Positions 26,561-39,821 of a stretch of DNA of 64,000 nucleotides are shown in pieces (position 1 is the first letter of the stretch; each line of letters starts with the position of its first letter). Location: assembly GCF_006345805.1 (NCBI RefSeq), contig NC_043007.1, forward strand, positions 71,052,001 through 71,116,000, in the 5' to 3' direction. The notes beneath the pieces are model-generated. The model was not told the origin of the DNA, searched no databases, and worked only from the letters and a program-made list of their open reading frames with translations. Source of the DNA: Octopus sinensis. Its lineage: Eukaryota. Both the position numbers and the translations under genes were made by a program.

Positions 26561-27419
26561 TATCAGGTCATTGAGAATGAAATGTCTGATTTTGAACTGA
26601 ATGTTTATTTTACTTTATCTCAACAAAAAGCAATGCAGTTAATCAAAGTATGCATCTAAATTATCAACACAGTTTTGCCATTTTATCGGTAGCTTATGTA
26701 TGCTGGCAGTGAAGAATTCTGGAGAGCAAGAGGTGATGAAATCAAGAAAGGCTGTTTTTGCATCTTCAGATTTGAAGTTTTTTCCTTGCAAAAAGTTGTC
26801 TAATGCCTGGAAAACATGATAGTCAGTTGGCACAAGGTCTGGTGAATATGATGGATGACAGAGTACTTCCAAGTTCAGTTCCTGTAACTTGAGTAGTGTT
26901 CTTTGTGCAATATGTAGTTCAGCATTGTTTTGCAAGAGAATTGGCCTGTCTCTATTGACCAATCTTGGTTGTTTAATTGCAAGTTCACTCATTATTTCAT
27001 CCAATTGGTTGATGTACACATCTGTTGTAATTGACTTACCAGGTCTCATGAAGCTGTAGTGTATGACACCAGCACTGGACCACCAAACAGACACCATTAG
27101 CTTTTTTTGGTGAATATCGTTTTTGGATTGTGTTTTGGTATTCTATCTCTATTCAACCATCATGCAGAAGGCTTCCTATTGTTGAAACGAATACATTTTT
27201 CATCACATGTAACAATACGAGGCAAAAATAGTTTGCTTTTATGCTGTGACAGCAAAGAACTCACAATATAATCAGATGCCATAAATTGCATTTCAAAAAG
27301 TGACGATGTAACTCTTCAATGTTGTAAAACAAAAAATTGTCAGGATAAAACATTAGAGTTGACAGCTGTTAAATGCGGCACATAAGAAAATCAGACATTT
27401 CATTCTTAATGACCTGATA
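26561..27419 (-). mobile_element. mariner transposon, internally deleted and non-functional
   Basis: 33-bp inverted ends including TA (26561-26593, 27387-27419; 1 mismatch). Transposase remnant carries RIVTCDEK, MVSVWW, LLQNN and YSPDLVPTDYH. Stop at 27160-62 and a frameshift upstream of the 26639-27097 ORF. Confidence 0.95.
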
Positions 27420-27838
27420 TCATTCACTTGGACCATTAAAGGGTCCTCTATGTGGTAACTTGAACTTCTAGGAATAGCAGCCAAATTCTTCAAATAGCAC
27501 CTAATAAAAGGAAGTATATTCTAGCAACTGTACCCCTAGATAGACTGGATGCTCATGGCTTGAAAGCCATTTGATCACATGCCTGCTCAATTAAGGCAGA
27601 GCTGGGTTTAAACAACGACAAGGAAGAACTCCCACCACCACTACCACCACCACTACCATCACCACATAGTAGCAGAAGCATTACGTGGAGGTAAATAAAT
27701 ATAAGGATAAATGAATCATTAACAAAATGTTGTTCTTTGTTAAACATCTATAAAAATTGATCGAACAGTAAAGTAAATAATATACATGTAACAGAATAAA
27801 AGTGTATGTGTACATCTGTATATATATAATACACACAC

Positions 27839-27870
<32 letters not shown>

Positions 27871-28086
27871 ATCTATATATGCGCCCACAAAACAGTCAAG
27901 CCATACCTGTCATGCCACCCTACCATCACCACCACCATCCATTTTACTGTCATTATTATAATTGTTTGCCTGTGCTTACATGTTGAAGCCAAGAAATGCA
28001 TTAAAACCAGCTTACTATGTTTAACATACATTCATTCATTCATTCATACATACATACATACATACATACATACATACATACATACA

Positions 28087-28120
<34 letters not shown>

Positions 28121-28285
28121 CATATGTATGTCTAGAATTTTGTATATGTATATGTGTGTATACATATACATATATATATATATATATATGCATGTGAATA
28201 TACACACACTCACACACACATACACATATAGGCGTGGTTGTGTGGTAAGAAGCTTGCTTCCTAACCACATGGTTCCAAGTTCAGT

Positions 28286-28323
<38 letters not shown>

Positions 28324-28944
28324 ATATCTATGTGTGTCTTTGTGTCTGTGTTTATCCCTGCATCATTGCATAACAACCAGTATTGGTGTGCTTATGACCC
28401 CATACATTAGTGGTCCAGCAAAAGAAACCATTAGATTAGGTACTAGGCTTAAAAAACATAAGTCCTGGAGTCGGTTTGTTCGACTGAAACCCTTCGAGAT
28501 GGTGCTCCAGCATGGCTGCTGTCAAATGGCTGAAAGAAGTGAAATAAAAATAAAAATAAAAATATATACATATATATATATCTCATCGTCATTATCATCA
28601 TCATCATTTAATGTCTGTTTCCATGCTGACATGCATTAGATGGTTTGTGCAGAGCTGGTTACGTAGAGGACTGCACCATGTTTCGCTGTTTATTTCCACC
28701 TGGTTTTTATGGTTGGATGTGCTTCCTAACACGAACCACTCTGCAGAGTGGACTGAGTACTTTTTTATGTGGCACCAGCACAGGCAAGGTCAGTTTCGGT
28801 AGGATTCTTTTTTACAGTTAGATACCCTTCCGAATGCCAACCAGTTTACAGTGTGGTTTAGATGCTTTTTACGTAGCACTGGCACTGATATATATATATA
28901 TATATATATATATAAGCTGGATAAATGCAAACTGGTATTATTAA

Positions 28945-29780
28945 GATACAGTTTGTTAATTACTGAAGCTACTAAACTAATATTCACTTCTTAGATGTAT
29001 CACTGAACCAAGAATCAAGTTCTTACAACCATTTCCATATTCCAAAGGAGAAACTAAGTATATTAATAAATTTTCTGTTCCCTCTCTCCATGGTTTTAAG
29101 AACCTTGTGTCTGTTATAACAGCAGGAGAATTTCTAACCTTTCCTCATCAAAGGATATTGTTGACAAGGCAACCACTTAGTACGATAGGTCCCTATTAGT
29201 TAGTGACATTTGAGAAAACATTTCCAACACTCCATTCAGTCAACCCTAGGGATCCAAGAATTGACCTTGAAACATCTTCTAGTTCATACCATCTTATTCA
29301 TCAAATATGAAAACCAATGTATATATAAAAATAAAAACCTGGATTTGGGGAAAAATATTTCCTTGTTAATCATATAAGATTTTGTAAGAGATGTGCCATG
29401 AAAATCAGCTACAGCTGTTGTTCCCACAAGAGATTACTCAACACCACCAACAAGCCTATCAAACAAGAAAATCAGGATTGTACGTGTAGGAAGACATACA
29501 TAAGTCCCTTAGATCGGATATGTAACCTGAAATTGAGTTAATATGAGCGCAAAATTACCACAACTTTCATAAATCAGACATTATACAGGTATGGATGACA
29601 GTAAATTCAAACAGGTTTTATAACCTCAGGAAAACTTCACAACACTACCCATTAACATCTGGAAACTAAGGGAACAGAATATTGATTAGAAATTCAGATT
29701 AGTGGGGTCTTTGAAAGCACAAGGCCATCTATCATCAATTGATCAAGAAAATGCAGGCTTTGTGGAAGGCCTCACATTTT
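28945..29780 (+). pseudogene. Decayed Penelope-like element (RT C-terminus plus GIY-YIG endonuclease)
   Basis: Fragments FLDVSLN, YINK, MKISYSC, CTCRK..SPL..IC, YTGM...FK, IWKLRE and CRLC occur in the order typical of PLE ORFs. Confidence 0.75.
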
Positions 29781-29912
29781 ATACTGGTTAAAAATCTTTG
29801 GACCCTTCCTTATGTCAGATATGAAACATTTAGTCGATGTCCCCATATAGCTGCATTTACTCTAACCAACTGAAAAATTGCACTCTCACTAAATCAGCTT
29901 CTGTTTTGTTAA

Positions 29913-29966
<54 letters not shown>

Positions 29967-30196
29967 ATGCCATCACCAATATCATTTTAACATCTACTTT
30001 TCCATACTTGCATAGATCAAATGGTGCAGATTTTCTTCAGCCAGATGCTCTTCTGCCATTTCTTAGCAATGTTATATTTCACCCAATACTTTAAACAATG
30101 AAAAATTCCATGTAAAACACCCACAAATGACTCCATGTCTCAAAACAAACAGCACCATTTATAGCATCTGTGACTTTCTTTGCAATTAGTACACAA

Positions 30197-30370
30197 ATAG
30201 GCGTAGGAATGGCTGCGTGGTAAGTAGCTTGCTTACAAACCACATGGTTCCGGGTTCAGTCCCACCGTGTGGCATCTTGGGCAAGTGTCTTCTACTATAC
30301 TCTCGGGCCGACCAAAGCCTTGTGAGTGGATTTGGTAGACGGAAACTGATAGAAGCGCGTCGTATATATG

Positions 30371-30411
<41 letters not shown>

Positions 30412-30612
30412 TTGTGTGTCTGTGTTTGTCCCCCTAGCATTACTTGACAACCGATGCTGGTGTGTTTATGTCCCTGTCACTAAGCAGTTTGGCAAAAGAG
30501 ACCAATAGCATAAGTACTAGGCTTACAAAGAATAAGTCCCAGGGTTGATTTGCTCGACTAAAGGCAGTGCCCCAGCATTGCCTCAGTAAAATGACTGAAA
30601 CAAGTAAAAGAG
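30197..30612 (+). mobile_element. SINE family B, full length
   Basis: Head, internal (TG)n and GTAAAAGAG tail. Confidence 0.9.
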
Positions 30613-32585
30613 ATGTCAAGACAAATATCAATTTGCAATACACGCATATACATACACATACACATGCATGCGTGATGGGCAAAGACATTTGTTCAAGGTG
30701 CCATGTAACCACAATTTCTGGAATTAAATCTACTTAGCAGGTGCAAACTCACATCCAAAATTTACATCCGTACATGAATCAAATCAGATAAATCCAATAA
30801 TGAAAGAGTAATGAACCTGAAACAAGATGATTGCACAACAAACTTCTTATCTCAGCAGTTATGTTTGCTCCTTAATGTATATATGTGTGTATATGCAGGT
30901 ATGTATAGACATATGTACTAGCTTGAAAGCTTCCCTATTTGTGTGGCTTTTAAGCTAGCTCTGGTGGAGGCCTCTTCACTGGGCCTTGGGCCCAATAATG
31001 ACATTTCATGCATTCAATGCATATTAAATTTTATTAAACTTGACCAATATTTTTCAAGCAATGAACAATTTTCATCAAAACAATATGTAATTTTTCGACT
31101 TATTGCAAAGCTGCATGATAAACAACATTTTTTGTCTTCCCATTTGGGGCTCAGTGCAATTTTTTTTCTATCTAACCCTTTTCTTTCTCACTCTCTCTTT
31201 CTGTTGATTGCTTTCAACCATCACCATCACCACCACCATTGCCACCACAACTGCCATACACATACCATTCAAACTTCTCACGCCACCACCATCAATGCCT
31301 TTGACTTCACTGCCTCTCCCTCCACCACCATCACCACTGTCTTTCACATTGCTTACTATCACTGTCATCCTTGACCGGCTGGGCAACCACCACGACCACC
31401 ATCAACATCATCACCATCACTTCTGCCTCTATCACAACTACAGCTCATATGATTACTATCACCCCTTTACCATCACAACTGTCAATCTAGTACCACCCTC
31501 ACTGTCTCTATGCTCAAGTAAAAGAGCAAAGATTATACAGCAACTTTAGCTGTCAGAGTTACAACTTAGAATTTCATTAAAAAGTTTGAAGAATAATAGA
31601 GAAGCTTTAGTGATAGCAAAATACAAGCCAACAATAAACACACAGAAAACCTATAAAATAAAACTGTGAAATCTATGAATCTTTACTTTTGTATAATTTT
31701 TAAATCTGGCATTGGTGATTTTATTTGTGATAATAATCACATCATTCTTTGAAAACTATAGCTAAGTTTATGATCTCTGTTGGTAACAATAAAACTATTA
31801 AAAATATATCGTTATTATCATTATTCCATTCTGATGATAAGGCCTAAAAGGATTTTGAAATATTAATGAGCAAATGGATTTAGGAATGTTATTGTTCCAA
31901 TCTCAGTATGGAGGACAAATAAGGAAACCTGAAAAATCCTTGATTAAAAACATCAGACTTGAACACAATTGTGTCTTTGATGTAATATGTTTGAAAGAAA
32001 TGCCATTTCCTATTTACACAGAGAAAGAGAGAGAGATAGAGATAGAGAGAGAGAGAGGGAGAGAGAGAGGGGGGGGGAATTTAAACATATATGTGTTGAA
32101 CTTAACACATTCCAATCAGTTTAATCATATAACCACAAAATACTTGATAAATAATTAATTAACAATGTGTTAGGATATTCAAAGCTGCAACATTAATCTA
32201 CATGATAAATATGGAAGGGAGTTATACAAGTGAATGGAATAACACTGAAGAAATACATGTGAAAGTATCTATATATACAATGTTGGCAACAGGCTGGGCT
32301 GGAAATAGTGGAGTTTTGACAATGACCTGAGGTAATTAATGTCACCTCACTACCACATCAGCTGCTACACAACCATTGCTATCATCCCAGCTAGCAGTGG
32401 ATTCACTTAGATGTGAAACCATACTTGAAACAACAGAAGTGGAAACTGCAAAATTATACATGTAGGGCTACCAAAATTGTTTTGGTGCTGCCATGGTCAT
32501 AGAGAAAGACTAACTGATGTATTTACCATTTCTTGTGGAGTAAGAATTATATTATTATATTAAGCCTACGTATGTACACGCACGT

Positions 32586-32628
<43 letters not shown>

Positions 32629-32762
32629 TGTATATATATGATAATAGTTGATAGGGATTAATAAATCCAGGTATATATCTTGTAAGCACTTTGGTTAACT
32701 ACATGAGACAATCAGATACCAATAGATCCAAATAGAATAACCCATGGTAATTATTTCACTGT

Positions 32763-32951
32763 GGAGGCACATGGCCTAGTGGTTAGAGCAGCAGACTTGC
32801 AGTCAAGGGATCGTGGGTTCGAATCTCAGACTGGGCGATATGTGTGTTTATGAGTGAAACACCTAAGCTCCATGCGGCTCCGGCAGAAGGTAATGGCAAA
32901 CTTCTGCTGACTCTTTCGCCACAACTTTCTCTCACTCTTTCCTCCTGCATG
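32763..32951 (+). mobile_element. tRNA-derived SINE family C
   Basis: GGAGGCACATGGCCTAGTGGTTAGAGC...GGTTCGAATC head continues into a non-tRNA body. Confidence 0.8.
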
Positions 32952-33720
32952 GCTTGAGAAAGAACAAACAATTATTCCAATATAAGTAAATCCAAAGATT
33001 GCTATTTCAAAAAATCCAAAGTATATAACATGAACAAGAATGGAGAATATCACATTTTATTTGAGGATTACATAATATAGAACCAATGATTGTTTGTATT
33101 GTGAAAGCAAGAGAAAATTTACAAAATACAAATCAGCCCATATTGGATTTATCGTAAAATTGAATGTATCTAAAATGTACGTGAACAATGTTTTCACGGT
33201 AACACATAACATCTTGAATTCAAAGTCAACTGATAGAATGGTTATTATACATGAATGCAGTCATGTATGTGGGTATACAAATGTATATACATTTATCTAT
33301 ATATATGTACGCGCACACACACACACACACACACACACATGGATGCCCTACAGAGATTAAGAGATTAAGTAAGAAATCACCTGGTCAATTATGTGCAGAG
33401 CACAACCATATCAAATTAGCAGTGTAATTTGTGTATATCTGAAATATAAAATAATTGAGTGTAAATTAAATCTCATTAACCAGCAAGATGATGTAATAAT
33501 ACAATGTCCACACATGCCCCATACAGTGTTCCTGCACAATACTGAGAATTAATGTATTAACTTTAACCTAAATGCTCTGTTGATATTACCATTATTTATC
33601 AACTCCTGCACGTTTGCCCCCCCCATCTGATCCCCATTTTTCTAAACTTCTGTATTTCTGCCTTGCTTCATTTATCTAGTTTCAGTCTCAACTCAGTTGA
33701 TTTTGATTATTAATTCAGCA

Positions 33721-33950
33721 TTAACCCTTTTGTTACTGTATTTCTGTTGAGATGCTCTGTGTTTCTTTCAATTAATTTTAAATACAACAAAGAATTTAGT
33801 AAAATAACTTAGTTATCATTAAGCTAGTGCTAGGAACCTAAATTGTGACTAAGGTTTGGTGGAAGATTTTAATTCAGAACTTATGAAAACAAAACATTTT
33901 TACTACAGAGCCAGAGCCAGTTTCAGCCGGGTTGGTATTGAAAGGGTTAA
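33721..33950. mobile_element. piggyBac-type MITE, 230 bp
   Basis: TTAACCCTTT...AAAGGGTTAA ends; inverted second copy at 51962-52190. Confidence 0.85.
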
Positions 33951-34900
33951 GGAGCACTCTGTCGGTTATGACGACAAGGGTCCCAGATGATACGATCAAC
34001 GGAACAGCCTTGTCGTGAAATTAACATGCAAGTGGCTGAGCACTCCACAGACATGTATACCCTTAATGTAGTTCTCAGGGAGATTCAGCATGACACAGAG
34101 TGTGACAAGGTTGGCCCTTTAAAACACAGGTACTACTCATTTTTGCCAGCTGAGTGGACTGGAGCAACGTGAAATAAAGTGTCTTGCTCAAGGACACAAC
34201 GTGTCGCCAGGAATTGAACTCATGACCTTACGATTGTGAACCAAATGCCCTAACTACTAAGCCACACAACTTCACAATTCAGTATTACTTCATAGAGATA
34301 TTAATGATAAGTATAATTAGTGTATAACTTTAATCTATGAACTTCTTAGCTGTAAATTTTTTCTTACTAAGTTATTCACTGTCCACAAATATACTGCTAG
34401 TCCTCTCTATACTATACTAATAATTAAACTATTAGCTTGCATTTTAGTGCACTAATTATAGTACCAGATAACTATAAAAATGTAACCATATTTTCTTGAT
34501 TTACAATTTCTGTACATTACTTTGATTATATCTGATTCCTCACTTTTAGCTTGTCATTTCCATTTATGTTATATGTAATCTTAACTATAGTATAGTATTT
34601 TACTAAATCTTAGAATTGATAATGGGATAGCTTGATAGAGTACTAATAAATATGTGTGTGTGTGTGAATATCGTCCATATACATATATTTGTGTATGTAT
34701 ACACAAATAATGGTGTAGAATGATTTGGTCACTTCAACAAAATGAAGAACTTCTACTATTTAAGAAATTACTATTTTAGTATAGATATTTTGTGAGTGAA
34801 TATATTTGTATGTGTATGGCAGTGTTAGAGAAGTGTCTGATTCTCTTATTATTCAGCCAATCCTCTGCCATATTAGATAACAACAACAACAACAACAACA

Positions 34901-35456
34901 AATGCCCTGATGCAGTACCAGGCAGTGGCTCTCATGGCTTCTAATCTTAACTGATTGGAAGTGTTATCATGTACATTGTTTTTATCTTGGTATAAAAGAT
35001 GGGCTACAGCAAATATTCTGCTCAATACCACAGATTTGCTTGTCAGTTGTTTGACCTTAACCAGTTGACCATGTCCCTTGGTGGTTGACGATTTATACAT
35101 CTCTGATCACGAGCAGAAGTAATGGAAGAGCATCATAGCCATGTGTCGAGAGGATTCTTTGGGGTTTGAATAATTCACATCTGGAAACATGGGTGTTTCA
35201 TTCAACATCCTTAAACAACCCTTATTCAGGGACCTTTTGAGTGGGATGGGATACTCAACCTGAAGAAAATTCTAACTGGGCCCTACCTGCAAGGTCATGT
35301 GCTGTTTATCTTGATATGAGATCACCATGTCACGCACATGGTTGTGATGCATGTGCCTGGTATACCCTTATCAGGCGGGTAGTCATGATGGTTATACTGG
35401 GCTTTGTATATTTTATCCCAGTGTCACTTTGATGGTATGCACTGCTCTCTCATTCA

Positions 35457-35458
<2 letters not shown>
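34901..35458. mobile_element. Unclassified ~560-bp interspersed repeat between (AAC)n and (AAT)n
   Basis: Partial homologue at 2836-2945, also next to an (AAC)(AAT) tract. Confidence 0.55.
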
Positions 35459-35492
<34 letters not shown>

Positions 35493-35613
35493 TAATAATA
35501 ATAAAAAAACATGTATCAAACTTTACAAGACCCACCTGTAAGAAAATATTATTCTGAAATAGTTTGTGCAAATTTAGTTTGATATGTAATTAATTATTGT
35601 GATCTCTCTACAG

Positions 35614-35720
35614 AATATCTCCGTCAACGCTATGCAGTTATTATACTTCAAACAAATTACCGTTGCATTCGAGATCGTGTTCGGTTTGTTAAAAAGAAGA
35701 AAGCTGCCACCTTACTTCAG
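35614..35720 (+). CDS. Unconventional myosin exon: IQ2 and start of IQ3 (KYLRQRYAVIILQTNYRCIRDRVRFVKKKKAATLLQ)
   Basis: ctctctacAG acceptor (35612-13) and CAG|GTAAGA donor (35721). 107 nt, phase 1 to phase 0. Joins the 17716-17827 exon in frame (A+AA = Lys) and gives IQ motifs at about 23-aa spacing. Confidence 0.92.
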
Positions 35721-36101
35721 GTAAGACAACCCTTTCCTTTTACTAACTTCTCAATTTAAACAAGGCGCCATTTCAACTTTTGCATGTGATAATTGTGTCT
35801 TTGTTTATAACGACAAAGTAGCTGATGTTGGACTCATCGACTTATGGTTGCAAGGCATCATAATTGGTAGGTGCTAGTGCATGATTTATTTAGTGTACAC
35901 TGGATCATTGCAGACCAATGTTCAGAAACAACTCGTAATCAGAACTAGTGAACCAGATAATCATGATGCAAACTAAAATATTTGAAGATTCTTCTTTTGC
36001 TTTCTACAAGCATATATAGGGTACTTTGAACTGAGTACAGCAAGATAAGGGGATATTATAAATTATACAGTATTACAAATATTTTGTAGAAATGAACTTT
36101 T

Positions 36102-36142
<41 letters not shown>

Positions 36143-37117
36143 TATCCTCCTCATCATTTAATGCTTGTCTCTTGTGCTGGGATGGGTTCGATGATTCAAT
36201 GGGATCCAATGAGCCAAAAGACTATGATGAGCTCCAATAATATCTACTTGGGCATGATTTCCATGGCTGGATGCCTTTCATAATGCCGACCATTTTACAG
36301 AATGTACTGCTACCAGCACTTTTGAGATCAGTTAATCACTCAGGGAACGAAAATGCCCCCTTCACTGAATGGGGGTGTAGTAGAAAGGATTGTGGCTTAA
36401 GCCATGTGTTGGGAGGCTAAAGGATGATAGAGGGAAAGGAACAGGTGTCCAAAGCAGTTAAGGTTCAGAATATCAAACCATCCAGATTGGAATGACTTCG
36501 CCATAGACATAAGACAATGTGGTGATGGCAGCGTGATCAGCTAACCATTCTAGTAATGTTAAACAAAAATAATTTACTAAATTCTGTTGATTGTTTGAAG
36601 TGATTGCAAAATATAGGTTGTTCATTATTTCCTGTCTGGACTGCTAAACATTAATTGTTCATTGTTTATTCTCCTGATTGCTAAATATTGCCTGTTCATT
36701 ATTTAAAATAATAGACACTCATTGTTTAGCCAGTTGGTTGCTTAAATATTGGACGTACAAAGTGTCTATGCTGATTGGTAAACAGTGTATCTTCAGTGTT
36801 ATTAGATATTCAATATTTCCTTATGTTTGTTATCTGTTGTGCTAGCAAATGGACTCGGTTAATGATTTTTACATAATTACCAAATGAATTCAAATACACG
36901 ATGACCCTTAATATTTTTGTAGTTCTGCCTCAAAAGTAAAATGACCTATAACAAGAAAGAATCTGCAAGGTTTTGTTCCCCTCCCACAGTATGAGGGATA
37001 TTTATAAGCCAAGACATCAAAGACTAATTTCATTTCTCATCATCTTTCACAAGTAGGTTACAGCAAGTAGGTGAAAGATGACAACCCCTGAACATTGTGA
37101 AAAAACAAATTTTCTTT

Positions 37118-37514
37118 TTCTTTTACTTGTTTCAGTCATTTGACTGTGGCCATGCTGGAGCACCGCCTTTAGTCGAGCAACTCGACCCCAGGACTTATTC
37201 TTTGTAAGCCCAGTACTTATTCTATCGGTCTCTTTTTGCTGAACCGCTAAGTGACGGGGACATAAACACACCAGCATCGGTTGTCAAGCAATGCTAGGGG
37301 GACAAACACAGACACACAAACACACACACATATATATATACATATATACGACGGGCTTCTTTCAGTTTCCGTCTACCAAATCCACTCACAAGGCATTGGT
37401 CAGCCCGGGGCTATAGCAGAAGATACTTGCCCAAGGTGCCACGCAGTGGGACTGAACCCGGAACCATGTGGTTGGTTAGCAAGCTACTTACCACACAGCC
37501 ACTCCTGCGCCTAT
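37118..37514 (-). mobile_element. SINE family B, young full-length copy
   Basis: CpG-rich reverse-complement match to 30197-30612. Confidence 0.9.
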
Positions 37515-37524
37515 GTTCATCTAT

Positions 37525-37630
37525 TATTGCCATATTCAAAGAAGCAGAGGTTTAGAAAACATTCTCATGGAAGGAAGAGTTGACAGCAGTAGATCAAGAA
37601 GCAGGCAAAGAATGCAATGGATGGGACAAT
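37525..37630 (+). pseudogene. RTE-clade LINE ORF2 C-terminal relic
   Basis: YCHIQRSRGLENILMEGRVDSSRSRSRQRMQWM resembles the RTE end motif YFGH.MRR..SLEKTLMLGKIEGRRRRGRQRMRW. Confidence 0.7.
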
Positions 37631-38307
37631 ATCAAGAGCAGGTTGTGCAAGAGTAGCAAGGCAGTTGAAGAATTTGTGCTTAATCAGGAAGACTTTTTTG
37701 TAGTGTCATCAATGGGCTGCTGGCATATGACACATGGCGATGATGATTTCTCATCATAAGATTGTAAGAAAATTTCAAGAACTAGCTTAAAAGCTGCACT
37801 CTGTGTGGATTTTTAAACTAGCTACTTTTGAGGTCTAAATGGCCCTGCAGACCAAAACTAAACAGAGCTGTAATACATCTATAATGACTATATACCCCAA
37901 TGGCATTTAATCAGAGGTTAAGGAGGGGTGAGAATTAATTCTGTAATGCAATCATTCTATTGTTCTAGTCCCAAGTTGAATTCCAGCTGTTGGCCATTTT
38001 GTCCCAAAGTTCTTATGTTGACATAAAATTAATGAAGTGAATGTCATTTATCACCCTTGATCCCTGATGTCAACTAACAAACGCCAAGATGGCATGAATC
38101 AACCAAGCTTTACCTGCTAGAAATAGCAGCCCAAATACTTTTAAATCAGATCACAATGCTGAATATTCAAGACTCAAATGAAGGGCAGATTTTTGATCCT
38201 TGGATCATCCTGATTCCAAAAAGGTGTATGTCTATGTAAAGCAAATATAGATTGAGATACAGGGGCCCCAGGTGGACAAACAAGATTTTGCTTTTATTAT
38301 TATAGAA

Positions 38308-38673
38308 CTCTTTACTCTCTTGTACTCTTTTGCTTGTTTCATTCATTTGACTGTGGCCATGCTGGAGTACCATCTTTAGTCGAGCAAATTGACCCCAGGA
38401 CTTATTCTTTGTAAGCCTAGTACTTATTCTATCAGTCTCTTTTGCCGAACCACTAAGTTGTCAAGCAAAGTTTTGGGGGACAAACACAGACACTCACACA
38501 TACATATATATACATATATATGATGGGCTTCTTTCAGTTTCCGTCTACCAAATCCACTCACAGGGCTTTGGTTATAGTAGAAGACACTTGCCCAAGGTGC
38601 CACGCAGTGGGACTGAACCCAGAACCATGTGGTTGGTAAGCAAGCTACTTACCACACAGCCACTCCTGCGCCT
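38308..38673 (-). mobile_element. SINE family B with a small internal deletion
   Basis: Homology to 37118-37514. Confidence 0.85.
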
Positions 38674-39821
38674 GTTTTTTAATGATTAATTTATACACAT
38701 AACAGATAGGGTTTAGCGCTCATAACTGGTAATATATAAGAGGAAAACATGAATATATAGTTTAATGCACTGAAGAAAATCTGTAAAAAATCTCTTCTAC
38801 TGAAGCTGTAGCAGTTATTTGTTTGTGTTATAAATAATTTTTAGTGTTACAAAATAATTTCTCAGAAACAGCTCTGTAAACTAACCAAGTTTTTCAGTTC
38901 TACTTCTCCATTCTGGAGGAGTGTTGTTATTTTTAATGAATTACTTTCATTTAATCTTAATGATAAAATTACTGTAATTTTAGTCACCTTCTCTTTAAGT
39001 AGCAAATTATATGGAATCCATCAAACATGTTTGTGCAGGAATTCCAAATTAATTACTTTCAAATTTTAAAAATTATTTTAAACTGGTTAATACATTGCCT
39101 GACATAATATCAATGTTTTAATGTTTAGAATCAGTTACTGGGTCTTGATTTACCTTTTTCTTTTGTTCTTTCTTAACTGGAGGAAATGGTCTTATCTTTC
39201 ATATTTGTTTTGTGTCTGAAAGAAAAGATAGTTTTGCAGAAAGTTTTCTTTTTTTTTATTTCTTTTATTTTTTAAAGTTTGACAAGAGTGTTATTGACAA
39301 ATTAGAACATATATGTTACTTTCTGAAATAAATACTTCAATTTAATCTCTGATCCAAAATAAAGAAAATTAATAAAAATTAAAAAAAAAAAATATATTCA
39401 TGAAATATGTTATAATGGAATGTATTAGCTTTTGAGAAAGAAATTTCCAATTTCTTTCCAAACAAATCTCTCAAGTTTATATTTCAATGGGAAAGGAATT
39501 AGTTTTACTATTGAAAAATATATTCACCTGTAACATTAGCTGCCTTGAAATTGGTCATTGTATCAGTTAGATCGGAGATAAATTACTCTGGAATATATTG
39601 CTTGTAAAATACCTGCAATACGACACTTCACCTCCTCCATCAGCTGCCATCCTTCATCACTGCTAGCTATGATACCTTCTGCTAAGTGAAAAATGAAATT
39701 GGAAGCTACCTTCTGATTGGGTTTCATTGGCAGCTGACATTCTCAACACTGAACTGATATTGTCTGGAAGCAGTTTTCCAGTTCTTCTATCAGGCTCCAG
39801 TCTTAAGTAATTTGTATTCAG

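Noticed and set aside
32763-32835. tRNA gene-like sequence (also the heads at 4960-5030, 8230-8297 and 24928)
   Set aside because: A/B boxes run straight into multi-copy SINE bodies with no proper acceptor stem; these are tRNA-derived SINE heads.
38730-38765. YIRGKHE as a possible IQ3 continuation
   Set aside because: There is no acceptor upstream and an in-frame stop follows within 11 codons.
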